DNA of 64,000 nt from Eledone cirrhosa. Its lineage: Eukaryota. The DNA lies in the NCBI GenBank assembly GCA_964016885.1, contig OZ024741.1, forward strand, positions 164,548,001 to 164,612,000, read 5' to 3'. Shown piece after piece: positions 27,521-39,665 of this stretch. The notes under the pieces are model-generated. The model ran no database searches. It was not told where the DNA came from and saw only the letters and a list, made by a program, of their open reading frames with translations. A program made the translations under genes and the position numbers. Position 1 is the first letter of the stretch. Each line of letters opens with the position of its first letter.

Positions 27521-27927
27521 TTATGACCAGATATTAGAGGAGCGGTGAATAATTGTTGATATCAACCTCAGTAGATAACTGGTATGTTATCTTATTAACA
27601 TCAGAAAGATGCTTTGTGAATCATAACTCCCCATCCCCCCCAATATGATTCTACGTGAGCTGCAAAGGCTCTTCCAATGTGTCTCCTTCACCATCCACTG
27701 GGGAAACCCCTTCTCTATTCTGTCTGCAGGGACCATGGGGTGGCCAACACATGGACCCCCATTTGCTCACAATAATGACAGATGGGTAGAGCGGGAGAGA
27801 CGGAGGCAGTGACAGTGGGAGTTTGGTTCCTTTGTGTTCAGAGTTGGTGTATATATGTGTATATAAGAGAGAATGAACCTATTAAGCAGTTCTAGTTGTG
27901 TAGAAGTCATTTCTATAGTAAAACCTA

Positions 27928-28022
27928 CATACACACAGACACACACACACATACAAATATACACACACACACACACACACACAGAGACACACACACACAC
28001 ACACACACAAATATACACACAG

Positions 28023-28053
<31 letters not shown>

Positions 28054-28104
28054 TATACACACACAGACATACACACACACATACAAATATACACACACAC
28101 ACAG

Positions 28105-28135
<31 letters not shown>

Positions 28136-29068
28136 GACACACAAATATACACACAGACATACACACACACAAATATACACACACAGACATACACACACAG
28201 ACACACACACAATCATAAAAATTAAGACAAAGTTGTATACACACACACACACACAGACACACACAAATATACACAGACACACACAAATATACACACACAG
28301 ACACACACACAGACACACACACAAATATACACACAGACATAGACACACACACAAATACACACACACAGACATACACACACACACATAAATATACACACAC
28401 AAATATACACAGACACACACACAACCATAAAAATTAAGACAAAGTTGTATACACACACACACACACAGACATACACACACACACAAATATACACACAGAC
28501 ATACACACACACACACACACACACAAATATACACACACAGACATACACACACACACACACACAGACATACACACACACACAGATACACACACACAATCAT
28601 AAAAATTAAGACAAAGTTGTATACACACACACACACAGACACACAAATATACACACAGACACACACAAATATACACACACAGACACACACACAAATATAC
28701 ACACACAGACACACAATCATAAAAATTAAGATAAAGTTGTATACACACATACACACACACAGAAATATACACACAGACACACACAAATATACACTCACAG
28801 ACACACACACAAATATACACACACAGACACACACACACACAAATATACACACAGACACACACACAAATATATACACACAGACACACACAAACACGAATAT
28901 ACACACACGGACACACACACACAAATATACACAGACACACACACACATATACACACACAGACACACACACACAAATATACACACAGACATACACACACAC
29001 AGACACACACAAAAACACACACACACACACAGACACACACACAATCATAAAAATGAAGACAAAGTTGT
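27928..29068. repeat. CA-rich compound satellite with periodic 28-bp motif
   Basis: aatcataaaaattaagacaaagttgtat recurs 5 times between (CA)n/aaatat/gac tracts. Confidence 0.9.
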
Positions 29069-30891
29069 TGTCTGTGATAATTATATCTCATTCTCTTGCT
29101 TCTCCTGTCAACCAATCCTGGCTCCAGTCAACTAGACTGTTATGTATTTTATCAAATCCAGCAGAATGAAAGGCAAAGTTGATTTTGGTAGGATTTGAAC
29201 TCAAAACATCATGGATGAACATAACACAGCAGATACATTGTCTGATGTTCCACTATTCTGACATTATATTTAAAAAAAAAGCCCTTGCTATTCTGAGTTC
29301 AAATCCTGCCAAGGTTAACTTTGCCTTTCAATAAAATAAAGTACCAGTAATGTACTGGATCATTGCTGGCCTTGTGCCTAACGTAGAAACAATTATATTT
29401 AAAAAAAAAATGATTTGATGATGATAGTGGTGATGGGGATGTTGATGATAATGTTGTTAGTGATGATGATAATGATGATATTTATGGTGGTGTTGATGGT
29501 GATGTTAATGATGATGATATTGATGGTGATGTTAATGATGATAATAGTGATGGCGGTGATGATGATATTGATGGTGATGTTAATGATGATAATAGTGATG
29601 ATGATGATGGTGGTGAGAATGATGACAGCAAGATCTTCACACAGCCAAGAGTCTCAATGGAGTTACTGGATATAATTGTTGTTGTTCTTAACACAGTATA
29701 ATATCTTTAAAAATCCAATCAACTTTGACATGTAAGTATGATTGCACAGAAAAGTGAAACAAACAACAACTATTTCTGTATTATCTGTCATTTCAAGATT
29801 TCCCTCTTCAAGAGAAGAGACATTTTTTTTCATTTCAAACAACATAAAAGATAAATTGTAAAACAAACACAAAAACAAAAAGGACTTACACAAAAAATTA
29901 GAGTTAAATGAAATGAAATATAAATTAAGAACCAAGATAAAAAAAAGTACAAAGTATAAAAAAGTAAATAAGCCTATGTATAGAAGAAAACAATAGTGAT
30001 GCCCCAGCATGACTACAACCCATCAGTTGGAGTGAGTAAGAGCTAATGATTAAAAGTAAAATGAAAAATGAGAAAATTGCAAGATTGTCTTCGATGTCTC
30101 CAGCTTGGTGAAAAAGGTGAAATATAATATAGTAAGCAACAATAACAACAAGAACTGTAACAACAAGTGAAATTGTTAAAGTGGTTGATAAGTCATTGAC
30201 ATAAGTCATTGACATATGTGAAAATAATATTTGGAATATTAGATTGTGAACATTGATTCTGTGTAAGGTAGGAATTGTTATAATGGTGAGAGAATAGCTA
30301 AAATATAGTCAAGTGGAGGGAAGATTCTGTAACAATATTTGAGATATAAAATGTTAAAATGATAAAGTGGATTGTTAAAATAGGAAATATAAAGAATAGA
30401 TTGTTAATCTGGAGGGAGATACTGTAAGAAGTGGATTGTTAAAATAGGAGATATAAAAAATGGTTTGTTAAAATTACAGAAGATATGGATTATTAAAATG
30501 AAGGGAATTAATGTAAAGACTGGATTGTTAAAATTACAGGAGATACCGTAAGAAGTGGATTGTTAAAATAGGAGATATTATAAAAAATGCATTGTTAAAA
30601 TGAAAGGAAAATATTTAAAGTATGGGTGACTAATATAGAAGGAAAGTATCTCATTCTTTCATCACCATATTTCTAATGAAAGATGCTGCCTATGAGTTTC
30701 AACTAATTTCGAAAATAATCAAGAACCTGGAGGGGTTTAGTCATAAAACAAACTCTCACATTATTAAGCTGGTGATTGGTAATAGAATTATGATGTAAGG
30801 TTTTAATATACATATATATGTGTGTGTGTGTTTATCCTAGGTTTAATCAGGGGTAAACACAGTAAGGTACTCAATACATATCAGAGTGTAA

Positions 30892-30969
30892 ATATTTAAT
30901 AGAGAAATTGATGATTTCTTCCGAATGAAACAGTTCTAGTCCTGTAGAAGCCATTTCTATATTAAATAT
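30892..30969 (+). ncRNA. Decayed hammerhead motif
   Basis: atatttaatagagaaat-TGATGA-tttcttccgaat-GAAA-cag..ctg-TA^gaagcc-atttctatattaaatat. The long outer stem is intact; a short deletion removes inner helix I and the first core C. Confidence 0.5.
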
Positions 30970-31410
30970 ATCATCATCATCACTGTTTTATGTCCGTTAT
31001 TCCACGCTAGCATGGGTTAGATGGGTTGTCCTGTTGTGTGCAGTGTCCGGTCGGCTGACCTTGTCTTGCTAATACGGGAACTGATTCTGGCTTGATTTCT
31101 ACAGCTGGATGCCCTTCCTAACACCAACCTCATTTACAGTGAGTACTGGGTGCTTTTTTTTTCTGTGGTGCCTACATGTCCACTTTACAGTGTGGGCTGG
31201 GTGCTTTTTTGCTGTGGTACCTCCACGACCACTTTGCAGTGGAATGATAGGGACCCCACTCCTATCATCTCATTTCTACAACTGAGTAAACTGGAGCAAT
31301 GTGAAATAAAGTGTCTTGCTCAAGGAAACAACACATCACCCGGTCCGAGAATTGAACTCACAACCTTTCAATTGCAAGCCCAATGCTCTAACCACTAAGC
31401 CATGCACCTT
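30970..31410 (-). mobile_element. SINE family 1 copy, longer variant
   Basis: Extra 40-nt internal unit and an alternative tail (ccacgctagcatgggttag). Confidence 0.85.
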
Positions 31411-32285
31411 ATATATATATATTATATATTTATATTAGTGTAAGTATGTATGTGTATATCTTTTGGCAAATTATATAAACATCAGCAAGAAAACTAAAAA
31501 AACAGTGCTTTACAAACAAAGACCATTCAGATATTTGTTCTGCATCAAGTTACAGACACTCTCAATGTTACTCTCATTGTCAGAAATATAGTGAACTGCT
31601 AATTGGTTCTTTGGAAACCACTTGCATCACCTAACTGATGGAGTCCTGTCACAGAGATGAAATAATGTAAAGTCAAGTGTCTTTGGAGTAACATTACTTG
31701 ATAGAGTACGTAGCTCGGATATCAGGGAGTCACTCCAAGTAGAGCGGATTCTACTCCAAATTGAGAGATCACAGCTCTGATACTATGGCATGTGGTGAGG
31801 AGGAGGAGGAGAAGGAGGAGGAGGAGGAGGAGCAGGAGGAGAAAGAGTAGGAGGGAGAATGAGGAGCAAGAGGAAGAAGGAGGAGGAGGAAAGAAGAAGA
31901 AAAAGACTTTATTTTATCGAACCTGGAAGGATGAAAGGCTAAGATGACCTCGGCAGGAGTTAAACTCATAACATAGAAAGCCGTACCTACATTCTGAGTT
32001 CAAATCCAACCAAGGCCAACTTTGCCTTTCACCCTACCAGGGTCAATAAAATAAAGTACCAGTTAAATACTGAGATCAATATAACTGACTTTCCCCTTTC
32101 CCCCAAAATACTTCCTTGAATAGTTCTGTTCACTTGAAAAAAACTTCAATTAAAGTTGATTTTTTTTTTAATAGAGTGTTTTTACTATAGCAGTGGCATA
32201 ATGGTTGACATGGGTTAGTAATGGGTGAGCAGTTCTTTTATAAAGGTAATTATAAAGGTGATGGTGGTGAGGGTGATGATGGTGA

Positions 32286-32485
32286 NNNNNNNNNNNNNNN
32301 NNNNNNNNNNNNNNNNNNNNNNNNNNNNNNNNNNNNNNNNNNNNNNNNNNNNNNNNNNNNNNNNNNNNNNNNNNNNNNNNNNNNNNNNNNNNNNNNNNNN
32401 NNNNNNNNNNNNNNNNNNNNNNNNNNNNNNNNNNNNNNNNNNNNNNNNNNNNNNNNNNNNNNNNNNNNNNNNNNNNNNNNNNNNN
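32286..32485. other. Assembly gap (200 N)
   Basis: Run of N. Confidence 1.
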
Positions 32486-33964
32486 TAATTCTCTCATGAC
32501 CATATTTCTAACCGAAATATGGTCAATGTGATTTATCATCAGAGTAATCAAGAATATAAGAGGTTTAGTGAGATAACTAATTTTCAACTCAATAGTAAAA
32601 GACAAATATTTAACAACTGAATCTAATATTTATCTATCATGAAATAATTGTTTCTACTTTTGGCACAAGGCCAGCAATTATTCCAGTGTATTACTGGTAC
32701 TTTATTTTACCGACCCCGTAAGGATGAAAGGCAAAGTAAACATCGGCAGGATTTGAACTCAGATCTATCATGTAATAATGAAATTCTAGTCCAAGGTTTC
32801 AATGTAAGTTTGAACACTTGAATAGAGGTGGTTTTTGGTGGGTTGGTTTTAACCCTTTATCATTTAAACTGGCTGTATCTGGTCAGAATTCTCTCACCTC
32901 TTTTTGTTCAAACTGGCAACCCATACTGATGTTAAGGTATTGTTCTCAAAATAAATAATATCAAGATTTCATAGATTTGATATTAAGTAAGATATTATGT
33001 AAGATATTACGTGAGATATGAAAGATAATTATGTAAGATAAAGCCTTTACCATGAAAAAACAATAGTATATATAGAGTAATGTAAATGCTAAAGGGTTAA
33101 ATAATTGTTTGTCATATCAGCATGTAAATTTCTTATTTTTTACTGTTTAGTCAGTGTGTGTGTGTGTGTGTGGTGGTGGTGGTGGTTAGGGGAGGAATAT
33201 ATCTTTAAATTGGCATTAATGCTTAGGAATATGAAGATAAGAGTAGCTTATTTTAGCATTTAACTGTTGAGAAAACTAAATTCCAGCATGTAAAAGAGTT
33301 AAGATCCGAACAAAACATATCCACACAAGCCAATGAGAAGTCTCTTTACATGGTTGTCTGACATGCTAGAAATAGCAGCTCAATCTACTTTAAATTGCCT
33401 AATACTATCTAAAAAACAAAACAAAAAAAAAAAACAGAAGAGGAAATACGGATAATGCAGTCATATACCATTATATACATATATATATGTATATGAATGC
33501 ATATCTATATATATGTGTGTGTGTATGTATGTATATACATCTATACATATCTATATATATGTGTGTGTATGTATATACATCTATACATATCTATATATAT
33601 GTGTGTGTATGTATATACATCTATACATATATATATATATATGTGTGTGTATGTATATACATCTATACATATATATATATGTGTGTGTATGTATATACAT
33701 CTATACATATATATATATATATGTGTGTGTATGTATATACATCTATACATATATACATATACATATGTGTGTAAATATATATATATATTTTAAAAAATGA
33801 TGAAGTTTTGTTTACATCTGTTTAGTCTTTTATTGTATATTGACCTGTTACAGACGTATTGTAGAGGTTTGGCTCAGGGTCACCCATAGAAGTTATAGAC
33901 CTGACTCTGTTATTGATCTGCCCTTCAGACTGGCGATCCAACAAAAAATATAGTGTTTTCACAT

Positions 33965-34301
33965 ATCATCATCATCATTTTACGTCCACTTTTTCCCTGC
34001 TTGCAAGGGTGGGACGGGAACTGATTCTGGCTTGATTTCTACAGCTGGATGCCCTTCCTAACACCAACCTCATTTACAGTGAGTGCCGGGTGCTTTTTTG
34101 CCGTGGCACCTCCACGACCACTTTGCAGTGGAATGATAGGGACACCTGCCCCTATCATCTCATTTCTACAGCTGAGTAAACTGGAGCAATGTGAAATAAA
34201 GTGTCTTGCTCAAGGAAACAACACATCACCCAGCCCGAGAATTGAACTCACAACCTTTCAATTGCAACTCCAATGCTCTAACCACTAAGCCATATGCCTT
34301 C
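33965..34301 (-). mobile_element. SINE family 1 copy
   Basis: Same consensus. Confidence 0.85.
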
Positions 34302-34489
34302 ATATATATACATGTATGTGTATATATATATGTATATATGTTTGTATTACATCAATACTCATCTTTTTTTCCATTTCTTAGAGGGTTCTAAACCCCACTA
34401 TCAGGCTAAAAAAATTTCTTTAGTCAAAAAAATACGGCGAAAGCTTCTATTTCTAATTTCAACATCACTCATTGTTTCAAAACATACTT

Positions 34490-34540
<51 letters not shown>

Positions 34541-34609
34541 TAACCCATGCTAGTGTGGAAGATAGACGTTAAATGATGATGATGATGAATGATGATATAT
34601 ATATATACA

Positions 34610-34771
34610 TATATATCATAAAACATGTCTATAGAATCACAAGATAAAATATATACCATTTCCTCTCCCAATTAGCATAATTAACTATATATATAGTTAA
34701 TTATGCTAATTGGGAGAGGAAATGGTATATATTTTATCTTGTGATTCTATAGACATGTTTTATGATATATA
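34610..34771. repeat. 162-bp palindrome centred on (TA)5
   Basis: Arms are reverse complements about 34690/34691; no mismatch seen by eye. The left arm ends in a TA tract. Confidence 0.9.
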
Positions 34772-34911
34772 GCTCTGATTATTTAATTTATTAATTTTTC
34801 ATTGAGCCACAAAGTGACCCATTGCAAAACACGTATATGTATGTATATATATATGTAAACCTTTATATATATATATATGTAAACCTTTATATATATATAT
34901 ATGTAAACCTT

Positions 34912-34942
<31 letters not shown>

Positions 34943-35058
34943 ATATTTATATTTAACGTCCATCTTCCACGCTAGCATGGGTGAAAGCAGCAATTCTTTG
35001 CTTAAACTTTAATCTGTTATTTTAATAAATATATATATATATATATACATATCTAGTC

Positions 35059-35354
35059 CAGTGTTTCTCAACCTTTTTGACCCCCGGGCCCACTTTTAGC
35101 TCCCGAAAAATGTCAGGGCCCACTTACTTTACAAGCACAAACTAGTGCTCAAAAACCATACTGGACTATAACCCCCACATGATATATATACTAGTGCTTC
35201 TCAATCTTTTTGTTCCCAGAACATTCAGACTTAAAAAAAGTTTGTCATTTTGTATGATCTTAAGTTCTAAGAAAGTCTGAAAAAATTTCCAGGCCCACTG
35301 AAATTTCTCCGGGCCCACTCAAAATTGTCCCGAGCCCACTGTTGAGAACCACTG
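35059..35354. mobile_element. hAT (Charlie-like) MITE
   Basis: TIRs cagtgtttctcaac/gttgagaaccactg and subterminal gggcccact repeats. TSD not preserved. Confidence 0.7.
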
Positions 35355-35433
35355 ATATATATATACACACACATATGCAAGCGTGGAACATGGACGTTAA
35401 ACGATGATGATGATGATGATGATGATATATATA

Positions 35434-35615
35434 AAAAGATTCAGGACCCCGCCGGCTGAGCTGCAGCTGTTTTGACAGCTAGATCCGAATGTTCAGATCT
35501 AGCTGTCGAAACAGCCAGAGCTCAGCCGTCGGGGTCCTGAATCTTTTCATATATTACCCACTCTACTAACCCAAGTATTGAGTACTCTGGTGGGTATTTT
35601 ACCACACCCTATCTG
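35434..35615 (+). mobile_element. Family A copy 2
   Basis: Palindrome 35434-35547, GAAA-cagc..gccg-TC^ggggtc, same tail, TA-flanked. Confidence 0.8.
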
Positions 35616-35683
35616 ATATATATATATATATATATATATATGAATGAGAGTATTGAAGTTTGCTTGAAGCATTGTGGAATAAT

Positions 35684-35734
<51 letters not shown>

Positions 35735-35812
35735 ATATATATGTAAAAAGTAAACAAATAACAAAAGAAATGACACAGCACAATGAAGAAATATGTACAT
35801 ATATACATATAC

Positions 35813-36420
35813 ATGGTGGCTGCCAACTCGTTTTCGAGTACGGCCACTACTTTATATCCATGTAGGAGAACCCCTACTGATGCGCTGAACGAGTGTGACT
35901 TTTTAGTCCAGCCAGCGACTTGAAAACTCTGGTACAAACACTACACTTGTGACAATTATTGATACATAGTGCTGGGCCCATGGTACCATGTGACGACAAG
36001 TGCAGAGAGATCTCCAGATATAAAGCAATGCCAGTTGGTGCTACTGGTAACATGTATCCCAGTACAACCTGTCCCATGGTCGGGTCGTTGGCGACTAAAC
36101 TGGCAACCCCACCAAGGTTTCTTGGTGAGGAGGGTGACTTTGGACTTCCTGCAGGACTAAAAACAAAACCTGTCAAAGGGCAAAGGAGCTCTTAAGAGTC
36201 AATGGCCATCCAAAATCACCGGGAGACATGACCCCTTAGCCTTTGTCAAGGCAGAATTCTAGGAGAAGGAAAACTCTGATATAACACCTGCAACTCTGAT
36301 GGTATCCAATGATGTTGACCTGTTCTTCTTTTTGGTAAATATAATCTTGGTTAAGAGAGTGGGACTGGCTTTGTGCAGTGCCTTTGCTCACTATAAAAGC
36401 TTCACGGCACAGGCATTGCT
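35813..36420. mobile_element. Rearranged RTE-like LINE insertion
   Basis: Minus-strand 3' end (CSVCTRVFKSLAGLKSHTRSAH* zinc finger plus stem-loop 3' UTR) joined to GC-richer sequence resembling an RTE 5' region on the plus strand. Flanked by a roughly 71-bp direct repeat. Confidence 0.6.
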
Positions 36421-36445
36421 TTATACATATACATACATACATACA

Positions 36446-36503
<58 letters not shown>

Positions 36504-36562
36504 GTAAACAAATAACAAAAGAAATGACACAGCACCATGAAGAAATATGTACATATTTACAT

Positions 36563-36619
<57 letters not shown>

Positions 36620-37026
36620 CGCGCGCATGTGTATGTATAAGACACTAACTAGACTCATTACTTCACTACTACTCTGAACATTTCAAATTCTCCTGATTAC
36701 TGGATTGGATAAACAGCTAAGTACAATACTCTCTTTGAAATCACAAATACAGATATCTATCATATCCCCCACCATAACAACAAAATCATTATCTAATAGG
36801 TATCGGTCATTTTTTTTTCCTTTCTTTACAACTGTCTTGTTTTTTTGGTTTTCCAGTTCAATAGAGTTAGTTATAGAAGAAATCTTGTATTGTTAATGTT
36901 TGTCTGTCGGTTTGGTTGGTTGTTTGTTTAAGATTTGCAATGGTTGAGTGTTTTGTCTATGGCAACTGTGTAACAAAGTGATGGAAAGGAACTGGCATGG
37001 TGGGTGAGTAGGGAGGAGGTATGTGT

Positions 37027-37094
<68 letters not shown>

Positions 37095-37204
37095 ATGTAT
37101 GTGTGTAAATGGAAGGGCGGGAGTTGTATTGTAGGTGGGGAAGAAGGAAGAGAAATATATGCTGTTTGTTTGATAACATCAGAAGGTCATATTCTTGTTT
37201 TGAA

Positions 37205-37239
<35 letters not shown>

Positions 37240-37498
37240 GCCTCTGTGTGTGTGTATGTGTGTGTGTATATATATACATGCACTCACTCACACACACACA
37301 CACACATATATTCCAATTCAATTGTGGATGCACATATACTATAATTTTATTGACAGTGACTTTGAAGTTTTAGTGGTAGTGGCTAGCCTAATAAACATCA
37401 GCCGATTCAACAGATGTATCTAGTTCTTTTAGCTATCTGCTGTTTTCATGAATATAAAAACACTTAGTCTTAACTGACTCTCTCTCTCCCTTTACATA

Positions 37499-37578
37499 CA
37501 GGGTGTCCCACAAAAATGTATACACACTTCAACAGCATTCTAATAAATATGTGTATACATGTTTTGGGGGACACCTTG
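37499..37578. mobile_element. 80-bp Tc1/mariner MITE
   Basis: TIR cagggtgtccc..aaaaatgtatacaca, TA target duplication. A second copy lies at 58543-58629. Confidence 0.75.
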
Positions 37579-37582
37579 TATT

Positions 37583-37620
<38 letters not shown>

Positions 37621-37622
<2 letters not shown>

Positions 37623-37730
37623 GGAACAAGTAAGACCCCGACGGCTGAGCTCAAGCCGTTTCGACGACTAATTCTGGACTGAATTAGCCGTCGAAATGGC
37701 TTGAGCTCAGCCGTCGGGGTCTTACTGGTT

Positions 37731-37734
<4 letters not shown>
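37621..37734. mobile_element. Family A copy 3, tail-less palindrome
   Basis: 114-bp palindrome with a 6-nt unpaired loop (tggact). Both arms end at cctat inside a TA array. Confidence 0.8.
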
Positions 37735-37788
<54 letters not shown>

Positions 37789-37789
<1 letters not shown>

Positions 37790-37933
37790 CAAAGAAGGTG
37801 TGGTAAGATACCAGTTGGACCATAATGCATGCACCAGAGTACTCGATACTTAGGGTAGTAGAGTGGGTAATAGGAAAAGTTTGGATCTAGCTGTCGAAAC
37901 GGCTCTGCCGTCGGGGTCCTGACTATTTTCCTA
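37789..37933 (-). mobile_element. Family A copy 4, tail-proximal arm largely missing
   Basis: Reverse-complemented tail, then taggaaaa joined to gtttggatctagctgtcGAAAcggctctgccgTCggggtc...ttttccta. Confidence 0.75.
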
Positions 37934-39101
37934 TATATATGACAGAGAGGGAGAGAGAGATTTTCAGTTCGAGTCCTGGCATGCATTGTGTCCTTGAGCA
38001 ACCACAGTATTTCACATTGCTCCAGTCCATTCAGTTTGCAAAAATTCAAAAAGCCATCATTGTCACACTAAGAACGTTAAGGGTACACATGCCTGTGGAA
38101 TATTCAGCCATCTATCTGCATATGAGCACATTGTTCAGTTAGTTGATGAAATCAACTGGAATACTCCTCGTTGGAACCAATGGTGGTCCAAAATGTGTGT
38201 GTGTTTGTCTGAGTGTATAATAATAATAATAATAATTGTTTCTACTTTTGGCACAAGGCCAAAAGTATCTCAGCGCATTACTGGTACTTTATTTTATCGA
38301 CCCTGTTTGGATGAAAGGCAAAGTTAATCTCTGCAGGATTTGAACTCAGACCATAAGGGCCGTAACTCCTTGCTGCAAAGCATGGCGTCTGACCTTCTAC
38401 CGATACAGTCAATCCACCGCCCTATTATAATAATAATAATAATAAAAATAATGATAATTATTGTGTACAGTGCCCAGGTGCACTACAAATCATCAAAGGT
38501 TCATGTATAGTACATAGAATAATGTACAAATGTCAGAAAAGTGGACAGTGTATGTGTCATGATATACACACAGATACAAATAGCATTATTTTATTTATGT
38601 CTGCTTTCCTTATCAGCATAGGTTGGATGAGTTGTCAAGATCTGAATCAGTTCTTATTTGTTGTTTGGAGAAGCCTCTCCTCCCATTTTGATGGGCTGCA
38701 GGATCATGTTCCATTTTCAACATGGTTTCTACAGCATGATATTCTTCCAAACACAAACCACTTTACATCATATACTTAGTGCATTTTATTGTGGCAGCAG
38801 CACTAGAGCCATAGTCATATCCTTGGCAAGACTATCAAGTTCTTTCAACTATGTATATGTGTGTGTATATGTATGTATATGTATGTATATATATCATCAT
38901 CACTGTTTAGCGTCCAGTTTTCCATACTTGTGTGGGAAAGACGGGTTGTCTACGTCGAGAGACAAGTATGGCTAGAGTTGGCCACGTAGTACCTTGCTCT
39001 GATGAGGACTGTGAATTTGGCTGGGTATTTTACAGTCGGATGCCCTTCCTAACACCAACTACATTTCCAGTATGGAACATATATATATATATATATATAT
39101 A

Positions 39102-39521
39102 CAGGGTGCGGACGATATTTGTTCGCAAGATTACTGTCTAGGAAAAAATAACACAGGAGTTTTATTTTTTAAGATTTATTTATCAAACTTGGGTCAGTTT
39201 GTCTTCATGACTTGTTCTTTCGATCTCACTCGATAAACCCGCCATTGGCTTTGATGACGGCCTCAAGGCCGCCTCGGAACCGGCTACAGGCCTTCGTCAC
39301 TGTCCCCCGACTTAGGCCCCTAAAGGCACTTGTGATCCTGGCCTTTGGATCGTCTTTCGTATTGCAGCTAGATCTGTTGGTGTCTCGTTCCACTGTGCAC
39401 CACACAAAGAAGTCAAGGGGGTTGCAGTCAGGCGAGCTGGGAGGCCAGATGTCAGGTGAAGTGTGGTCGACGAAGTTCTCTGACAGCTTGAAAATTGCGA
39501 ACAAATATCGTTCACACCCTG
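39102..39521 (-). mobile_element. Internally deleted Tc1/mariner-superfamily transposon (maT/DD37D-like)
   Basis: TIRs cagggtgcggacgatatttgttcgca/tgcgaacaaatatcgttcacaccctg, TA flanks, transposase C-terminus WPPSSPDCNPLDFFVW...ACSRFRGGLEAVIKANGGFIE. Confidence 0.9.
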
Positions 39522-39587
39522 TATATATATATATATATATATATAATAGTAATAAAAGAAAGATATATATTTTATATCATCTCTATT

Positions 39588-39665
39588 TACTTCATTATAT
39601 ATATTTCAAAGATGCAAACTCTTATGTATAACATAAACCAGAACATGTCCTCTTCAGACAAAATA
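39588..39665 (-). ncRNA. Type I hammerhead ribozyme motif, PLE type
   Basis: UAUUUUGU-CUGAAGA-[ggacaug...uuaugu uau acauaa...caucuuu]-GAAA-UAUAUA-UA^AUGAAGUA. Helix I pairs over 8 bp with GU pairs and extends with catctc/gagatg. Sits between TA-rich tracts. Confidence 0.75.

Noticed and set aside
27928-29068. CRISPR-like 28-bp motif repeated with spacers
   Set aside because: Spacers are long, variable CA microsatellite, there are no cas genes and the context is eukaryotic.
32168-32605. ORFs spanning X runs
   Set aside because: Artefacts of the assembly gap.
35815-35885. HDV-like ribozyme beside the RTE fragment
   Set aside because: The hairpins do not give the nested double pseudoknot; it is better explained as the antisense LINE 3' UTR stem-loop.
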